DNA from: Batkoa obscura
Taxonomy: Eukaryota
Direction: 5' to 3'
Length of the DNA: 45,671 bases
Assembly: GCA_030770535.1 (NCBI GenBank)
Contig: JASVEC010000123.1
Coordinates: 1 to 45,671, forward strand
Shown: piece after piece, positions 1-13,048 of the stretch
Layout of the letters: every line of letters begins with the position of its first letter
Numbering within the stretch: the first letter of the stretch is position 1
Notes under the pieces: model-generated
What the model was told of the DNA's origin: nothing
Database searches by the model: none
Seen by the model: the letters and a program-made list of their open reading frames with translations, nothing else
Made by a program: the position numbers and the translations under genes

Positions 1-426
1 TTGATTGTATTTATTAAATTAATTTCTCTCCATTGATAGCACGACTACTCTAGTTCGATTGTGTATTAACTAATTGCTGATTTAAGAAAAATTATTGACA
101 AAAACTTCAATAAAGCCTATTCTTAGGCTTTAAAAAAATTCAATTAACAGATTGTAGATAAAAAGTTTTTTCCCAAATTGGACATTTAAACTAAAATAGC
201 TGTAAAAATTAAAAATGCCATTTAGAACCAAACAAAAAGGAGACTCAAGGGTAAATCAAAGTTTTAGCCTTTTTTTAATATGATGTCAATATAGTAATAA
301 ATTCTTACACAGCTCTATAGAATTAAATTAATATAATTTATTAATTTGAATTATACAACTAAATGTTTTGATTAAGACGCTACCAGGCTGATTCAAGCAT
401 TTATTACATAAGTTAAAAGATACTGA

Positions 427-1681
427 TTAGAGATATTCAATTTCTTTGGTATACTCCGGATCGTTAGGATTAGCAACCGTGACCTCATCATCCATTGTCA
501 ATTGAAAGGTACTGTCTAGCTTCTTAGGCGGGACATTAAGAGAATAGGTCCCAGAATCCCCAACTATATATGGTTAGAAATAAGATAATTGGTTCATATG
601 AAGTTACTTACCAGATTCAGTATCAGCTATATTAGCAGCACTTTTGAGAATAAAGCGCTTGTAAATAGCATAGAAAGCTGAATGCAAAGTAGGGTCGCAA
701 ACGAAAGCAATAAAGTTCAAGGTACCACTAAGGGCCAACCCATTCATAGCCCAGATATCAATACCAAAGTTAGTGCCCCCATTTACAAGAATATAGATTT
801 GACTAACTGATACGCCAAACACGGATATTATAGCAACAATAGGATACAGGAGTCTAATTAATACTATTTTAATAATGGCTTTTAACAATCATAAATAAAT
901 TTTTACATTCTATTTACAAACATGTTGGCTTTCTTAATTGCAGTTTTAGTATCTTTAACAAATACGAACTTTCTAGCAACTTTTAACTGTTCGATATCCT
1001 TTCTAAGTTTAAAGACAACCATAGCTACGACTGCAGTACAGTAGACTAAGGTCAAAAGATACCACATATTAGAAATCAACATATCAGCAATTTGATAAGT
1101 TTTTTCATCTTGAGGGGTAAAGTAACAGTTATTAAAATCCCCGAACCCAGTGAGACCAATTGCTATTAACTATAAGCAAAATAATACTTTGAAATCATAA
1201 TCTAAACAAACCTAAAGGTGGGATGGTAATAATAGCAGCACCAATAATGGGGGCTACCCAATAAGCAATTTCTACTGTTTTGGTAATTCTGGCTTCTTTA
1301 ATAAATACAAGTAAGAGATTAGTGGCAACGGATATATTAAGGAATAGATAAATTAAGGGGCCAAATTGCCTTTGCCAAGCTATGAAAGTACACATAGCAC
1401 TTGCTGACTCATTATATAATGGAAACCAAAGTGCAGTTGTGTGGGTCCAAATGTCAAGGGCAGATACAGCAGTTTGCAATCTTAAGCTCACTCTGTTAAC
1501 TAACTTAAAGTCGTATAATGCTAAATAATGAGTAAAAGGGTTTGATTTAATTAAGGAATTAATTACATAAAATAATCATAGTAAGGACTACAAGAGAGGC
1601 TAATACTGCTGACATACTGGAGAGCGTTGGGTAGACTACAGTTACTGAATACATAAAACTTGGAGGTGGGGATTCATCCAT
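427..1681 (-). CDS. 7-TM GPCR-like protein (fungal Git3/cAMP-receptor-like), paralog 1, about 4 introns
   Basis: ATG at 1681 (MDESPPPSFMYSV...). Spliced translation gives LYDFKLVNRVSLRLQ, CTFIAWQRQFGP, RLLYPIV and FVCDPT, with hydrophobic helices, and aligns with paralog 2. GT-AG introns at ~1521-1567, 1163-1211 and ~565-610. A further interruption at ~865-920 is unresolved. Stop at 427-429. Confidence 0.75.
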
Positions 1682-3748
1682 TTTATTGATAACTAGATAT
1701 ATTGATAAAATATATAATTAAGAGAGAAAGGCAAAGATGATAATTTTTAATTTTTTCATATTTAAACCGAGCCATTATTATAATTACTATATAAATTTTA
1801 ATTTTAATTCCTTATAGGATAATCAATTCAATAAAATGGCCTAAATTTTTTCGTTTTTATTTTCATGTCACTTTTGTTATTAAAAGTAAAAATAGTATCT
1901 AAAACAAACCTGTATGATAATAATTTTATTATGATTAAAATGATTAAAATTAGAACTATTGTTTTAATAATTTAAGTAGATTTAATTCAAAATAAGTTCA
2001 AAATAAGCTCAAAATAAGTAATTGGATTGCCTAAATAAACCTAGTTATCACGGCTTTGTTGATATTAATATCAAATTGTTATTGCCATACTTGAAGTAAT
2101 TTAATCCGTTAACATAGTGACTTTTAGTCTGAAATATACATACATTTATTAAAATCAAATACTCTTTAAAATCTAGCAAATAATAAAGGCTTTGTAATAA
2201 TAGATGCTTAAATCCTTAAACTTATAAATAAATACTTGAAAATGACCAAAAGGTGGAAATTTCAAAAGATTTATTTTGTTGCCTTAAAATCTAAGAACTT
2301 GGATCTTTACAGTGGCTAGAACTTTTATACTATTTCTAAATAAATTATTTTTGGTTTAAGTAATGTTTAAAATCTGTGGAGCAATATTAATATAATCAGT
2401 CATTTAAATTAATTTTCATTTGAAGTAAATATAGTATTTTTCTGGTTTAAAATTAAATTACAAAATGCTGCATCAAAAACGTTAACTCTTACGCTAATTC
2501 ATAATCAAGTTTTTAACCATCAGCTATTTTTAAAGTAAACTAGTATATTGATACTTCACTTATTAAAGATAGTTTTTAATAGTAATAAAAACAATTAAGA
2601 TGATGGTAATGTGTGTGTAAAGCCTTCTTATAATCCCAATTTTACAAAATAATACTTTTCCGTTTTCATTAGAGCTAGTGATTTAACTCGTTAATCTCGA
2701 TATACGTTTTAAAAAAGGTAAAAGGAGGTCGAATAGCTTGAATATATCACCATGTGCCTATCATAACCGAGATTTATTTCTATTCCTAAGTAATCAAAGC
2801 GGAACACCTATATCTCCAAAGCCCTCGAATTTGCGCATGCTTGGATATATTTGATTATTTGTTTTATGGAACATATTTATCCATTATCAATAAAACAGGT
2901 TATGAAACATTAAATTTGACCTTAATCAAATATCAATCAGTAAAGTTTACTACTATTAAAACATGACTTATTTAATTAGAACCCACATTATTATATGTTT
3001 AAATATTTAGTAAAATATGTAATATTTGAATATTATAACGGGGTTTCGTCTGTTTGGTACTTGGGTTTAAACTAAATTTTAGATGTGAATGCAGCATACA
3101 TTTGCTTAAGAATAATTGTAGACTATTATGATATGTAATTCTTTATATTTGAAAAGTAGAATAAAACTTCAACCTATTACTAATCCTGGATTGGGTTTTA
3201 CTTTTAGTGGATTAAAGATTAAATATTTAACTGTTTTTTACATCCCCTTTTTAAAAACTTTTTATTATGAAAACATACGATTTTATTTGATTTATATCAT
3301 AGTGTTATTGAGCTATATTGCTGAAATAAAATTATTCTTTGGATAAAAATCATGAAAAAAAAACATTTGTATCAAATGAAATATTGTAGCCTATAAGCTA
3401 GATCAATATGTTTAAAATACAAAGTAGATGCTGGTGAATACCCAACTTTTTCAAATTATGAGATAAATTATTAATGAATTATCTTATAACACATTGTATT
3501 GATATTCAGTCACCTCATTCAAAGGTGGTTATGACAAAAGATATTTGTTATATTATACCAGTAAAATGGTTTATTACTCAGTAAATCCAAAGGAATTAAA
3601 AATCAGATAGATTAAAGAATATTTAGTTTTATATATGAAATTATCAAAGAGCTCTAATAAAAAATAGTCATGTAGCAATATATAGTTACAAAAGTTCGTT
3701 TATTTAATATCAAATTAAATCTTGCTAAAAATCGAAAAAATAAAAGCT

Positions 3749-4821
3749 TTAAAGTAAGTGATAGTCATTAGAATATTGGTTAAGGCTGGTTGTAGATTCC
3801 AACTTGCCTAACTCGATATCGAAAGCTGCAGTTGGGCCCTCTTTGTTAATAGAAGTAGATACTAGGCTAGCACCTTCTTTACCGTACCTAATACGGCAAT
3901 AAATAACATAGATTGCATTCTGGAAAGTAGGATCGAAACAAAAAGCGATAAAATTAAAAGTACCAGTAAGAGCCAAAAAATTCATAGCCCAGATTTCTAA
4001 ATTCCAATCTTCTTGCTCAACTCTAAGATGATTAAGCTGACTAACCATGATGCCAAGGGTAGATAATATAGCAACAATTGGATAAAGTAATAATCTATGA
4101 ATCAAACTTTTAATTGTCTTTTGGGCTACATCAGAATCTGTGATGGTAGTAAACCTTTGAGAAAATTTGATTTGTGTAGCACTTTTTCTGAGTTTAAAAA
4201 CAACTAACCCTACAACAATCACAAGGTATAACCAAGTTAATAAATACCAAATATTAGAAACTAGCATATCAGCTACTCTAAGAGTTGTAAAATCTGCATC
4301 AACAAAAAAGCATCCGTTAAAATCACCATATCCGGTAAGACCTGTAGCTAAAGGAGGGATAGTAATGATTAAACCAGCAATAACTGGAATAAACCAGTAA
4401 GCTAATTCAATCTTTGGTGTAATAACCTTTTCATGTAAAAATACCAGTTGAAAGTTTGCGGCAATAGCGACATTGAAGAACAAATACATTAAAGGACCAA
4501 ACTGTCTTTGCCAAGCAATAAAGGTACACATCCCACTAGGTTCCTCTTGATAATATTTAAACCAAAAAGCGGTAGTATGAGTCCATATATCAACTGCTGA
4601 AATAACAGTTTGTAATCTTAAACTAACGCGATTTACTAACTTGTAATCATAAAGAGCTATTAAATTCTAGAGTTAGTATTATGTTTTATTAATAGATAAA
4701 ATAACTTACATAAAGCAATCATTGTTAAAACAACAACAGCTGCTAACACAGCTGAGATAGTAGAAAGTCTTGGATAGACTTCAGTGACGGAGTAGTTAAA
4801 ACCATCTGATGGCATATCCAT
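3749..4821 (-). CDS. 7-TM GPCR-like protein, paralog 2, one 5' intron
   Basis: ATG at 4821 (MDMPSDGFNYSV...), intron at ~4660-4709, then a continuous reading frame containing ORF 3749-4531. Shares the LVNRVSLRLQ, RLLLYP and FDPT motifs with paralog 1. Confidence 0.8.
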
Positions 4822-6538
4822 TTTGAAGTTAACTTTATGTTATAAATGTAAAAATCAAAGCAATTTGGGAAAAAATTAAGCTTATATACTATTCTTACTG
4901 AACATAAAAAATAATATTGAAATCCATTATTGATTAGTAAACATCTTAAGGATTTTTAAAAAAATGATATTAAAAGTTAACAAGATTTTTATTAACCGGT
5001 TTATGAGCCTTAGTTACCATTTTTGTTTTATTTATATTTATATTTATATTTGAAAATGATATTTTTAAAAATATCTTTCATCTCGGTTAAACTAAATTTT
5101 TAAGTGGAATTTTAATCAAAAACAACTACCACTTTAGGTAACTTCAGTAGCTTTTGGTCAAGTGTATGCAAAATGTCAATTCTTTTTTCTATATTTGAGC
5201 ATTAACTTGTAGAGTTTATTTAAATAGCAAGTAACTGATTAATAAGATGATGAAGTTATCACTGCCTTTACACAAAAATAGAGTTTCAGTCAACTTAGCT
5301 TTAAGGAGGTAATTGACAAGGGATACAGAAGCTTCGAAATCCAAATCATTGGATCTAGCCTTAGTGTGATGAAAAATTAAAATGGTAATTCTATTTATTT
5401 ATTTAGATAAATGATTTGATCGAAAAAAACACATTAGCATATTGGATTATTACTTAAAGATTATTAAATTTATAATAATTTTGTTTTGTTTTGTTTTGTT
5501 GGTGGAACTATTAATTTAAATACGGTAACCCGAATTAAAATAGAACTAATCTACTATTTGTATTGAGTTTTCAGGTCATTAAGATAATAACCCAGTAATA
5601 AAATTATATAGCATTTTATATATATAACGTAGTAGTTTATTTTTGGAACGAACAATGCTATCTAATAACTATATTATTATCATTATACATTTTATTGATT
5701 TTATTTTATATGGTATTTAATTCAAAGCAAAAAAATTTGAATTTAAGAAACAAGTAATTTTTTAATCAAACATTAATACATTGACTGCATGTTTAAAATT
5801 AAATCTATAAAGTTCTAAGAGTATTATAGCGACTGGTGCTACTATAACTCTAAGTAGCCAATCTAGATTACTAAATAAAATGCTAATCTAAACTATTAAT
5901 CATATGTGGAATAAAGTTGAGATGTTATATGGAGTATTAGAAGCTCAAGAATTAATATTTTTTTAAAAAATAAGCAAGTAATAATTTTTTGAGAATATCT
6001 ATACTTAACTTATAGACAGTAAGATGCTATCATATTATAAAAATGTCTTTTTTAATTATAACCGATGATAAAAAATTAGTAACGGTTTTTTTAATAAATT
6101 TATGTGGTGATATATTTTTTTATTTAGTAATTTAATAGTTTTTGCACTCAAATAACACTGAAGAAATGGAGAAGGTAATGGAACAAAAAAAAAGCGTCCA
6201 TATATTGTCTATGTGGAATAAAGTGGTTATATAAAAAAGTAAGTACAAAATTACCAAAATAATGTTTTCATAAAAAGTGTTGAAGCTAACATTGATTCTA
6301 AAAATATGTAGTTAGAGGTAATTTTGTTCCTCCATATGCATGTTAATAATTGTTTATTACTACTACTATTCATAATCCAAGTATATTGCTATATTGCTAA
6401 TTGATTAATGGTTCAATATTTTAATTACAAAGGTAAATTTTAGTTTGGTTTATTCCTATTTGTTTTTATTTTAAAAATTATTACAAAAATTAGAATATTA
6501 ATGAATACTTTTACAATTTAATAAAAAATACAATGTAT

Positions 6539-6637
6539 GGGGGAGTGTTTTTGTGTTTAAGAATTTTACTAATAATTTTTCCACTCAAGTAGCGCTTAAA
6601 AGATAGAAAAGGTGATGAAGCCAGAAAAGACATCCCC
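6539..6637 (+). mobile_element. ~100-bp MITE, copy 1
   Basis: GGGGGAGTG...ACATCCCC termini, GTAT/ATAT flanks, conserved core TTCCACTCAAGTAGCGCTTAAAA. Confidence 0.85.
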
Positions 6638-6982
6638 ATATAATACTTATCTATATATATAGCCAAAACTTAAACAATATTTATATAATGAATCTTCGTT
6701 TGTCAAAATAAAATAAAATACTACAATATCAAGGAAATAAGGCAAAAATTGAAAATATTTATAACATATTATTCTGAAATAGTTACAAAATAGATGATGA
6801 AATATAGTAAACATGTAAAATTAAACATAAATCAATAATCATTTCCTCTTTATTATACGCTTTTGTTTTTATTTACAATTACTAAATACTATTAAAATGA
6901 AAGAATTACTAGCTTGAACTTTTTACAAAAACTGTAATTAATGGGTTATAATAAACTTATCTCTTGTTTTAACATACAATTA

Positions 6983-7065
6983 GATCAGGTGGCCGAGTTG
7001 GTCTAAGGCGCCGTGTTAAGGCCGCGGTCTCTTCGGAGGCGTGGGTTCGAATCCCATCCTGATCA
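6983..7065 (+). tRNA. tRNA-Leu (anticodon AAG)
   Basis: Acceptor stem GATCAGG/CCTGATC plus discriminator A; A-box TGGCCGAGTTGG; anticodon arm CCGTG-TTAAGGC-CGCGG; long variable arm; GGTTCGAATCC T-loop; T-rich terminator downstream. Confidence 0.95.
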
Positions 7066-7162
7066 TTTATTTTGATTTGGCTTTTTGATGGTCCAACTAA
7101 TTTACTCAAATAAGGCGCAAATGTATCGACTATTCAGATATTTCAAAAAATCATAATACTAT

Positions 7163-7260
7163 GGTAATGTTTTTTTAGCCTCAGTATTTTTTTCCATCTT
7201 TTAAGCGCTATTTGAGTGGAAAAATTATTAGTAAAATTCTTAAACACAAAAATACACCCC
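7163..7260 (-). mobile_element. MITE copy 2 (reverse orientation)
   Basis: Reverse complement of the family consensus (...TTAAGCGCTATTTGAGTGGAA...AATACACCCC). Confidence 0.85.
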
Positions 7261-7281
7261 TCTATACAAAATTTAACAAAT

Positions 7282-7380
7282 GGGGATGTATTTTTGTGTT
7301 TAAGAATTTTACTAACAAATTTTCCACTTAAATAGTGCTTAAAAAATGGAAAAAGTAATGAAGTTAAAAAAAGTACTCCC
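7282..7380 (+). mobile_element. MITE copy 3
   Basis: GGGGATGTATTTTTGTGTTTAAGAATTTT...ACTCCC; AAAT/ATAT flanks. Confidence 0.88.
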
Positions 7381-7515
7381 ATATATTCAATCAAAAAGGG
7401 TTATTGTTAATATTATATTCACTTCTACCATCTTCATTTTATTTTGAAATATTATTATTTTTTAATGCTCTTTAATTCATCTAGTATTATTAAATGCAAA
7501 TTAGAACTGCTAGTA

Positions 7516-7594
7516 AATTTACAATATAAAAGATAGAATAGTAGATTCAGCAAATTTACAATATAAAAGATAGAATAGTAGATTCAGCAAATTT
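7516..7594. repeat. Tandem duplication of a ~37-bp unit
   Basis: AAATTTACAATATAAAAGATAGAATAGTAGATTCAGC occurs twice in direct succession. Confidence 0.9.
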
Positions 7595-8058
7595 AAATTT
7601 CAGAAATAGGTCAATTCATTTTATAAAACATGAATGATTTTGAAGTAAACCTATCGAACTTTTCCTAACCCATTATAGTTGCTATTGATAATGGAAACTA
7701 CACCAATTTTCGATTGGAAATAGCAATATTTAATAGATTATCTATTAAACTTAGATTGAAGCTAATTATCAATCCATTTAATAATACTATTAAATAGAGT
7801 GATAATGTCAATTAGTGAATCAGTTTTAATTCTGAAAGACAGAAATAAAAAAGAACATTCAGGTATCAATCATGAATCTTTTTTCAATTTTTATCATAGC
7901 ATTTCATAGTTTAATACTTTCACTATACTCTTATCGGAAATATTTACTAAATTCAACTATTTCTAACATTTATTTCATTAAAATAAATAGGAAAAAGTGT
8001 ATTATTCTAAAAAATTTAACTAGGATATATACAAATAATCCTTTTTTATAATAACACA

Positions 8059-8153
8059 GAAGTGTGTTTTTTTGTTTAATAATTTCACTAGCAATATTTC
8101 CACTTAAATAGCGGTTAAGAGATCGAAAAGTAATGAAACCAAAAAGCATCCCC
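8059..8153 (+). mobile_element. MITE copy 4 (degenerate left end)
   Basis: Core CCACTTAAATAGCGGTTAA and right end GTAATGAAACCAAAAAGCATCCCC; lies 66 bp from the Sola-like element. Confidence 0.8.
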
Positions 8154-8219
8154 ATGTAATGACCTAAATTACAGTATTTCTAACACATCACACTTATAAC
8201 AAAAAAAATTCCAACAAAT

Positions 8220-10655
8220 GGGGCTGTCCTAATTGGTTTCAGAATCTACTTAGAAATTAATCCAAATTTAAAATTTCAAGTTTGTGTCCAATATAACGGT
8301 TAAATCTAAAAAGCCTAAAATTAAATGTTTCTATTTAAAACTTATTTTAATTGTTTCCTTTTCTTAAATAGCTAATTTTCCTAACTATATATTTTATGTT
8401 AGTTCTGTTAGATATTTAACAGATATATAATATATAACTATATGATTATATGATTATATGAATACAGTTATTTGACTTTGTTTTTTGTTGAAATAAAAAT
8501 AAAATGCAAACTTTGATAACTAAACTTCGAAATGGAATTTTTGAAAACTTCAATACAATAGGGAGGAGTACACAATATAAACATTGTAATTCATTTACAT
8601 CAATCTTAAGAACTACTTATAACAACCCAAGGTTTATGGAATTTTATAATAAAACAAAACAAAGAAAAGATATATTATCAAAGTTTACTATCGATAATAA
8701 TAAACTTAATCAAGTAATGTATAAAATTAGTGCTTTGAGGGAAACAGGAAACAAAAATCAACAAGTAGCGTTATTATCAACTATAGCTTCAGTATATTCT
8801 TTTGATGAATGTAAGAGTTTTGGGTTTAATATAAATAGAAATCAATATGATTATTCAAAAACAAGTAATAATAATAAAATATCAACATTAAAACCTATTA
8901 TTAAAAATACAAAAAAAATTAAAGATGACCAAATTGAAACTATCATACAATATTTACTAAATGATTCAACTATTTCATCAAGATTTAATAAAAAAAATAA
9001 TGATAGTAAATATTCATCAGATAATATATATATTAAATAAAAGTAGAAGAATGATATATAGTAAATATTTGAATGATCTAAGAGATAAAGCAGTAGCTAG
9101 GTCAACGTTCTTTAAATATATACCAAGTAATTTCAAAAATCCAGCAAGAAAAATGGATCTATGTAATATATGTACCCAGTATACAGTTAGAAAAAAGTTA
9201 TTTGAAAATAAAATAAATACAGCAAAAAACAAAGCAGAGATACAAGAAATTTTCAACGAAGAAGAAAAATTATACAAATTAGATAAATTCTGTGTTGATA
9301 CTCAAAAAAACACATTTAATGAAACTATCAAAAAATTAAATAACAAAAGTGTATAATAGTTTTAGATTTTAAACAAAATACGGAAATAGGGACAAGACCA
9401 GATTCAATAAATCTAGATCATTATAATAAACAAGCTATATCAGTATTAGGCTTTGGCGTATTATATTTAAAAGATGATAAAACAATAGGCAAAGTTTACT
9501 TTGATTATTTATCTGAAATATTGAATCATGATTCAGCATATGCAGGAGATTGTTTAATCGATTTAATCTCTACAGAGCTTCTATTTAAAAAGTTTACAAA
9601 AATTAATATATGGGCAGATACAGGAAATCATTTTAGATCCCAAGAGTTTCTACACTATATGTTTAAAGAAATTCATAAAATAAATAGTAGTTTGAATGTT
9701 AATCTTAATTTTTTTGCTGAGCATCATGGAAAAAGTATAGTTGATGGACATTTTGGAAACCTTTCAAAATGGAAAAGTAGTTTTGAAGCGTTAGGTAAAA
9801 TAGAAGATATCGATCAATTAATTTCAAGATTTGAGGCTTTTATTTACGAGCATAATAAAATTAATAACTCGACTGTTAATAATGGGAAAACAGATATAAT
9901 TTTTAAAAAGTATAAAAGAAACAAAAATACAAAAAGAATAACAGAGATGCAGGGCATTAAGAAGTATTTACACTTTATTAAACATAACAATAAACTACAT
10001 TGTTATCCAGTATCTGATACATCAAAAAAAAGCGATATAGTCCCAATTAAAGTTATAGAGTCTATAGAAAACAGAAAAATTAAAAGATCGATCCCAGCTT
10101 ACCTTACGAAGATAACAGAGAATTTCAAAATTTCGATATTTACTAAGCAAGTAAGTAGTTTGTTGAATGATAGAAATAGATTGTTAAATGTTAGGATTAC
10201 TTAAGCTATTAATAGCTAAGTTAATAAATAGTCAAAGAACAAATAACTGTAATAATATGTAAAAACTATTATTACTTGTACTATATAGGGGTGGTTAATT
10301 ATAGTTTTGGGGCTAACCACTCCCTCCCATGCAGCTATTTATTAACTTGGCAATATATTAATAATGTAGTTATAACATTAAAATAGTTTATTTATTTGAT
10401 AATAAATCTACAATGTTGGTTATAAAGCAGTTGATAGTAAATATTTCACAATTAAGCTTTATAAGAATATGTATTTAAGATCTAGTAGAAATTCAACTAA
10501 CTTACAGTATGAGCTATAATAGAATGATTTAGAACTGTGTTTGGGTACTTTTGTTTTAACAAAAGATGTGATTTTATAGAATTTTAAGCGAAGTTTTTAA
10601 AATACAAAATTTTTCAAAAATTGGATAAAATAATGAAACTAATTCAGACAACCCC
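8220..10655 (+). mobile_element. Sola-like (DDD) TIR DNA transposon, 2436 bp
   Basis: Left end GGGGCTGTCCTAATTGGTTTC matches the reverse complement of the right end, GGGGTTGTCTGAATTAGTTTC. AAAT is duplicated at 8216-8219 and 10656-10659. The element encloses transposase ORFs. Confidence 0.8.
8504..10204 (+). pseudogene. Sola-like transposase with two frameshifts
   Basis: ORFs 8504-9040, 8961-9356 and ~9350-10204 join into one protein with STFFKYIP...DLCNIC, CIIVLDFKQN (D1), LNHDS, WADTGNHFR (D2) and FFAEHHGKSIVDGHFG (D3). These resemble Sola-type RNase H-fold transposase motifs. Confidence 0.75.
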
Positions 10656-11629
10656 AAATGTAAGTGTCAAATTTAGTAAAAACCATTTTCAATAAGGATA
10701 GCCAAAATTTGCAATATCTGATGAAATTTGTTAATTTCGTTCATTTTGGTTGAAAATTATTGCTATTTTTTATTTCAGTTTGCTGATATTTTTTCTTACT
10801 ATAGACATGATAGCTTAAAAATACTGAAATTTTTTAAATGCATTAATCCCCTTAAATTTTATGCAATTTGTATGCAATCAAACTTCTAATGCTACATTGA
10901 AATGCTAGCTACTTATCATGTCTTCAATTAACTAATTGAATTAATCAATTGTATTGTGATGAATTAAAGTGAAGATACATTTCAATACTAATAAATAATT
11001 CAATTGAATTTAGTCAAAACAAAAGTAATTTATCAATGTTATAAGCGGATTTTTAAACATTCTAATTTTGGCCCCCTAAAATTCAATATAGTGGACTAAA
11101 ATTAAGTCTGATTTAATAATTAAAGTTAAGGGTTATTTTAACATAAATTACAAACAAATAGCAATTGACTATAAATATTTTTGGCCTTAATTTATTACTA
11201 TCTTTAGCTCCTATTTTATTAAAAAAGAGTTGACAGCTTCGGGTATAAAAACAGATTAGCTACAATCAACTATAAAATAAAGGTTTTATTTTTAAATGTA
11301 CATAAAATAACGGCTTGATGTTATTAAATTCCAATGAAATTGGAATCGTGTGCTAGATTCAATTCAATGACCCTTAAATTACAATTGCATATTACGGCTA
11401 TATTAGTTTGGAATAAAATGAACCCAATTTTGAAAATAAAAGTGCTTTAAATGAGTGAATTAAAATAATCTAGGAATCTGGGATTTCAAATCAAACAACA
11501 TGATACCAACTATTGTTTTAAAATAGCCTACAAATAGTATAAAAACAAAAACAAAAACAAAAACAAAACTATCAAATCTTAAATTACCATTCTGTTTAAT
11601 AATATATTAACTACTTAATTTATTACGCT

Positions 11630-11983
11630 ATGAATAGGCTCTTTATAGGCATTTTGACCTTAATCGCAACTACGCTTGCTTCCGACTATAATCAAGCTCC
11701 ACCAAGCTACGATACTCGACCTGAAGAACCAATAAAAAAAAAGCCAATCTATGATACCTTTTCAGTGGTTACGCCTCCAAGTTATAATATTGGTAAAATT
11801 AATCCACCAACTAATTATATTCCCCCTATTAGTCCTCCAAAAAATAACATTCCTCCTATTAACTTACCAAACTATGGAAATATTTTGAAAGTTTCATTAC
11901 CTAACTATGGAATAAGTCCTACTGTTATTCCTCCTAGCAATAAACCTTATCAGGTTATTAATAATCCAGTAGCTTATTATTAA
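11630..11983 (+). CDS. Secreted Pro/Tyr-rich (PPSY) protein 1
   Basis: Signal peptide MNRLFIGILTLIATTLA-SDY, PPxY repeats, ends PVAYY; TATAAAA at ~11538. Confidence 0.85.
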   Translation: MNRLFIGILTLIATTLASDYNQAPPSYDTRPEEPIKKKPIYDTFSVVTPPSYNIGKINPPTNYIPPISPPKNNIPPINLPNYGNILKVSLPNYGISPTVIPPSNKPYQVINNPVAYY

Positions 11984-12345
11984 TAAAATTCAAATTGAAT
12001 TATCTTTTTTAATTATTAAAATTACATTATAAATGATTTTAGGTTTCAAAACCATTAAATTTTTCAATTAGAATAAAGTAGTTCATTCTATTTTGTTATT
12101 TATTGTTAATTTTTTGTTTTTATTTGTCCTTTACTTTATTGATGATCCTTTATTTATTTATCATTATTAAAACAGATAAATTACTTAAATATTATTGACA
12201 CTTTATTAAACATTTTGAAAGAATTAATAAAGAATTAATAAAGTTTTCATTCTTGATAGGAAATAAAAGGTATAAAAATAGTAGATAATGTAGCTAATAT
12301 GGAAAGTTGATAGAACTGTGTTACTTCAAGAGGGGATCTGAGCTT

Positions 12346-12415
12346 TATCTGAGCTTTAAATGAGGTTTATATGAGATTCGTACGAGATTCGTACGAGATT
12401 TATATGAGATTTATC
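12346..12415. repeat. Degenerate 11-bp tandem repeat
   Basis: ATCTGAGCTTT x2, then GAGATTCGTAC x2 and GAGATTTATAT variants. Confidence 0.7.
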
Positions 12416-12950
12416 TGGGTTTCCAATAACTTTCATAATTTAATTGATATCTTGAAGAAGGAGCTAATTTTTGCTAAACGATATGGCGTGAAATCCGGTA
12501 CTCAGTGATTGGAGTCAAAAACAGTTATTCCCTGGTTGACTACACTGGCAGTCAAAAGGTCTTAGTTTATGTGACTAAGATAGACTTGAATTATGAAGAA
12601 TAGTACGTAATAGGCCATGGACTATGTAAAACAAATAGAATATACAATACTAATGTAAAATCTACGTAAAATACTATTAAGAAAACTTAGTGGCTTTATT
12701 AAATGTTCGAGATATCAGAGAATAATTCAGTTAAAAACCCTCGAGCTACTATGTTTTAGAATCTCTTTTATACTCAGACAAGTATAGATATCAAAACGAG
12801 AGGATGATGTTCTTTGAGGTGAAGATATAAATTCTCAGCAAATTAAAGTAAGAACGTGGGATTGACTGTCTCTAAACTTGAGAACACAACAGCTTAGGTG
12901 ATTATTATGCTATAATTAACCATGGGGCTGACAAAGCGATATTTCACAAT

Positions 12951-13048
12951 GGGAATGTATTTTTGTGTTTAAGAATTTTACTAGTAATCTTTCCACTTAA
13001 ACAATGCTTGAAAGATCGAAAAAGTGATGAGGCTAGAAAAAGCACCCT
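12951..13048 (+). mobile_element. MITE copy 5
   Basis: GGGAATGTATTTTTGTGTTTAAGAATTTT...AGCACCCT. Confidence 0.82.

Noticed and set aside
3128..3346. 72-aa ORF between the GPCR-like genes
   Set aside because: No recognisable motif and AT-biased composition; it may be decayed coding sequence but cannot be supported.
7143..8155. ORFs 7143-7394 and 7970-8155
   Set aside because: They are chance frames through MITE copies.
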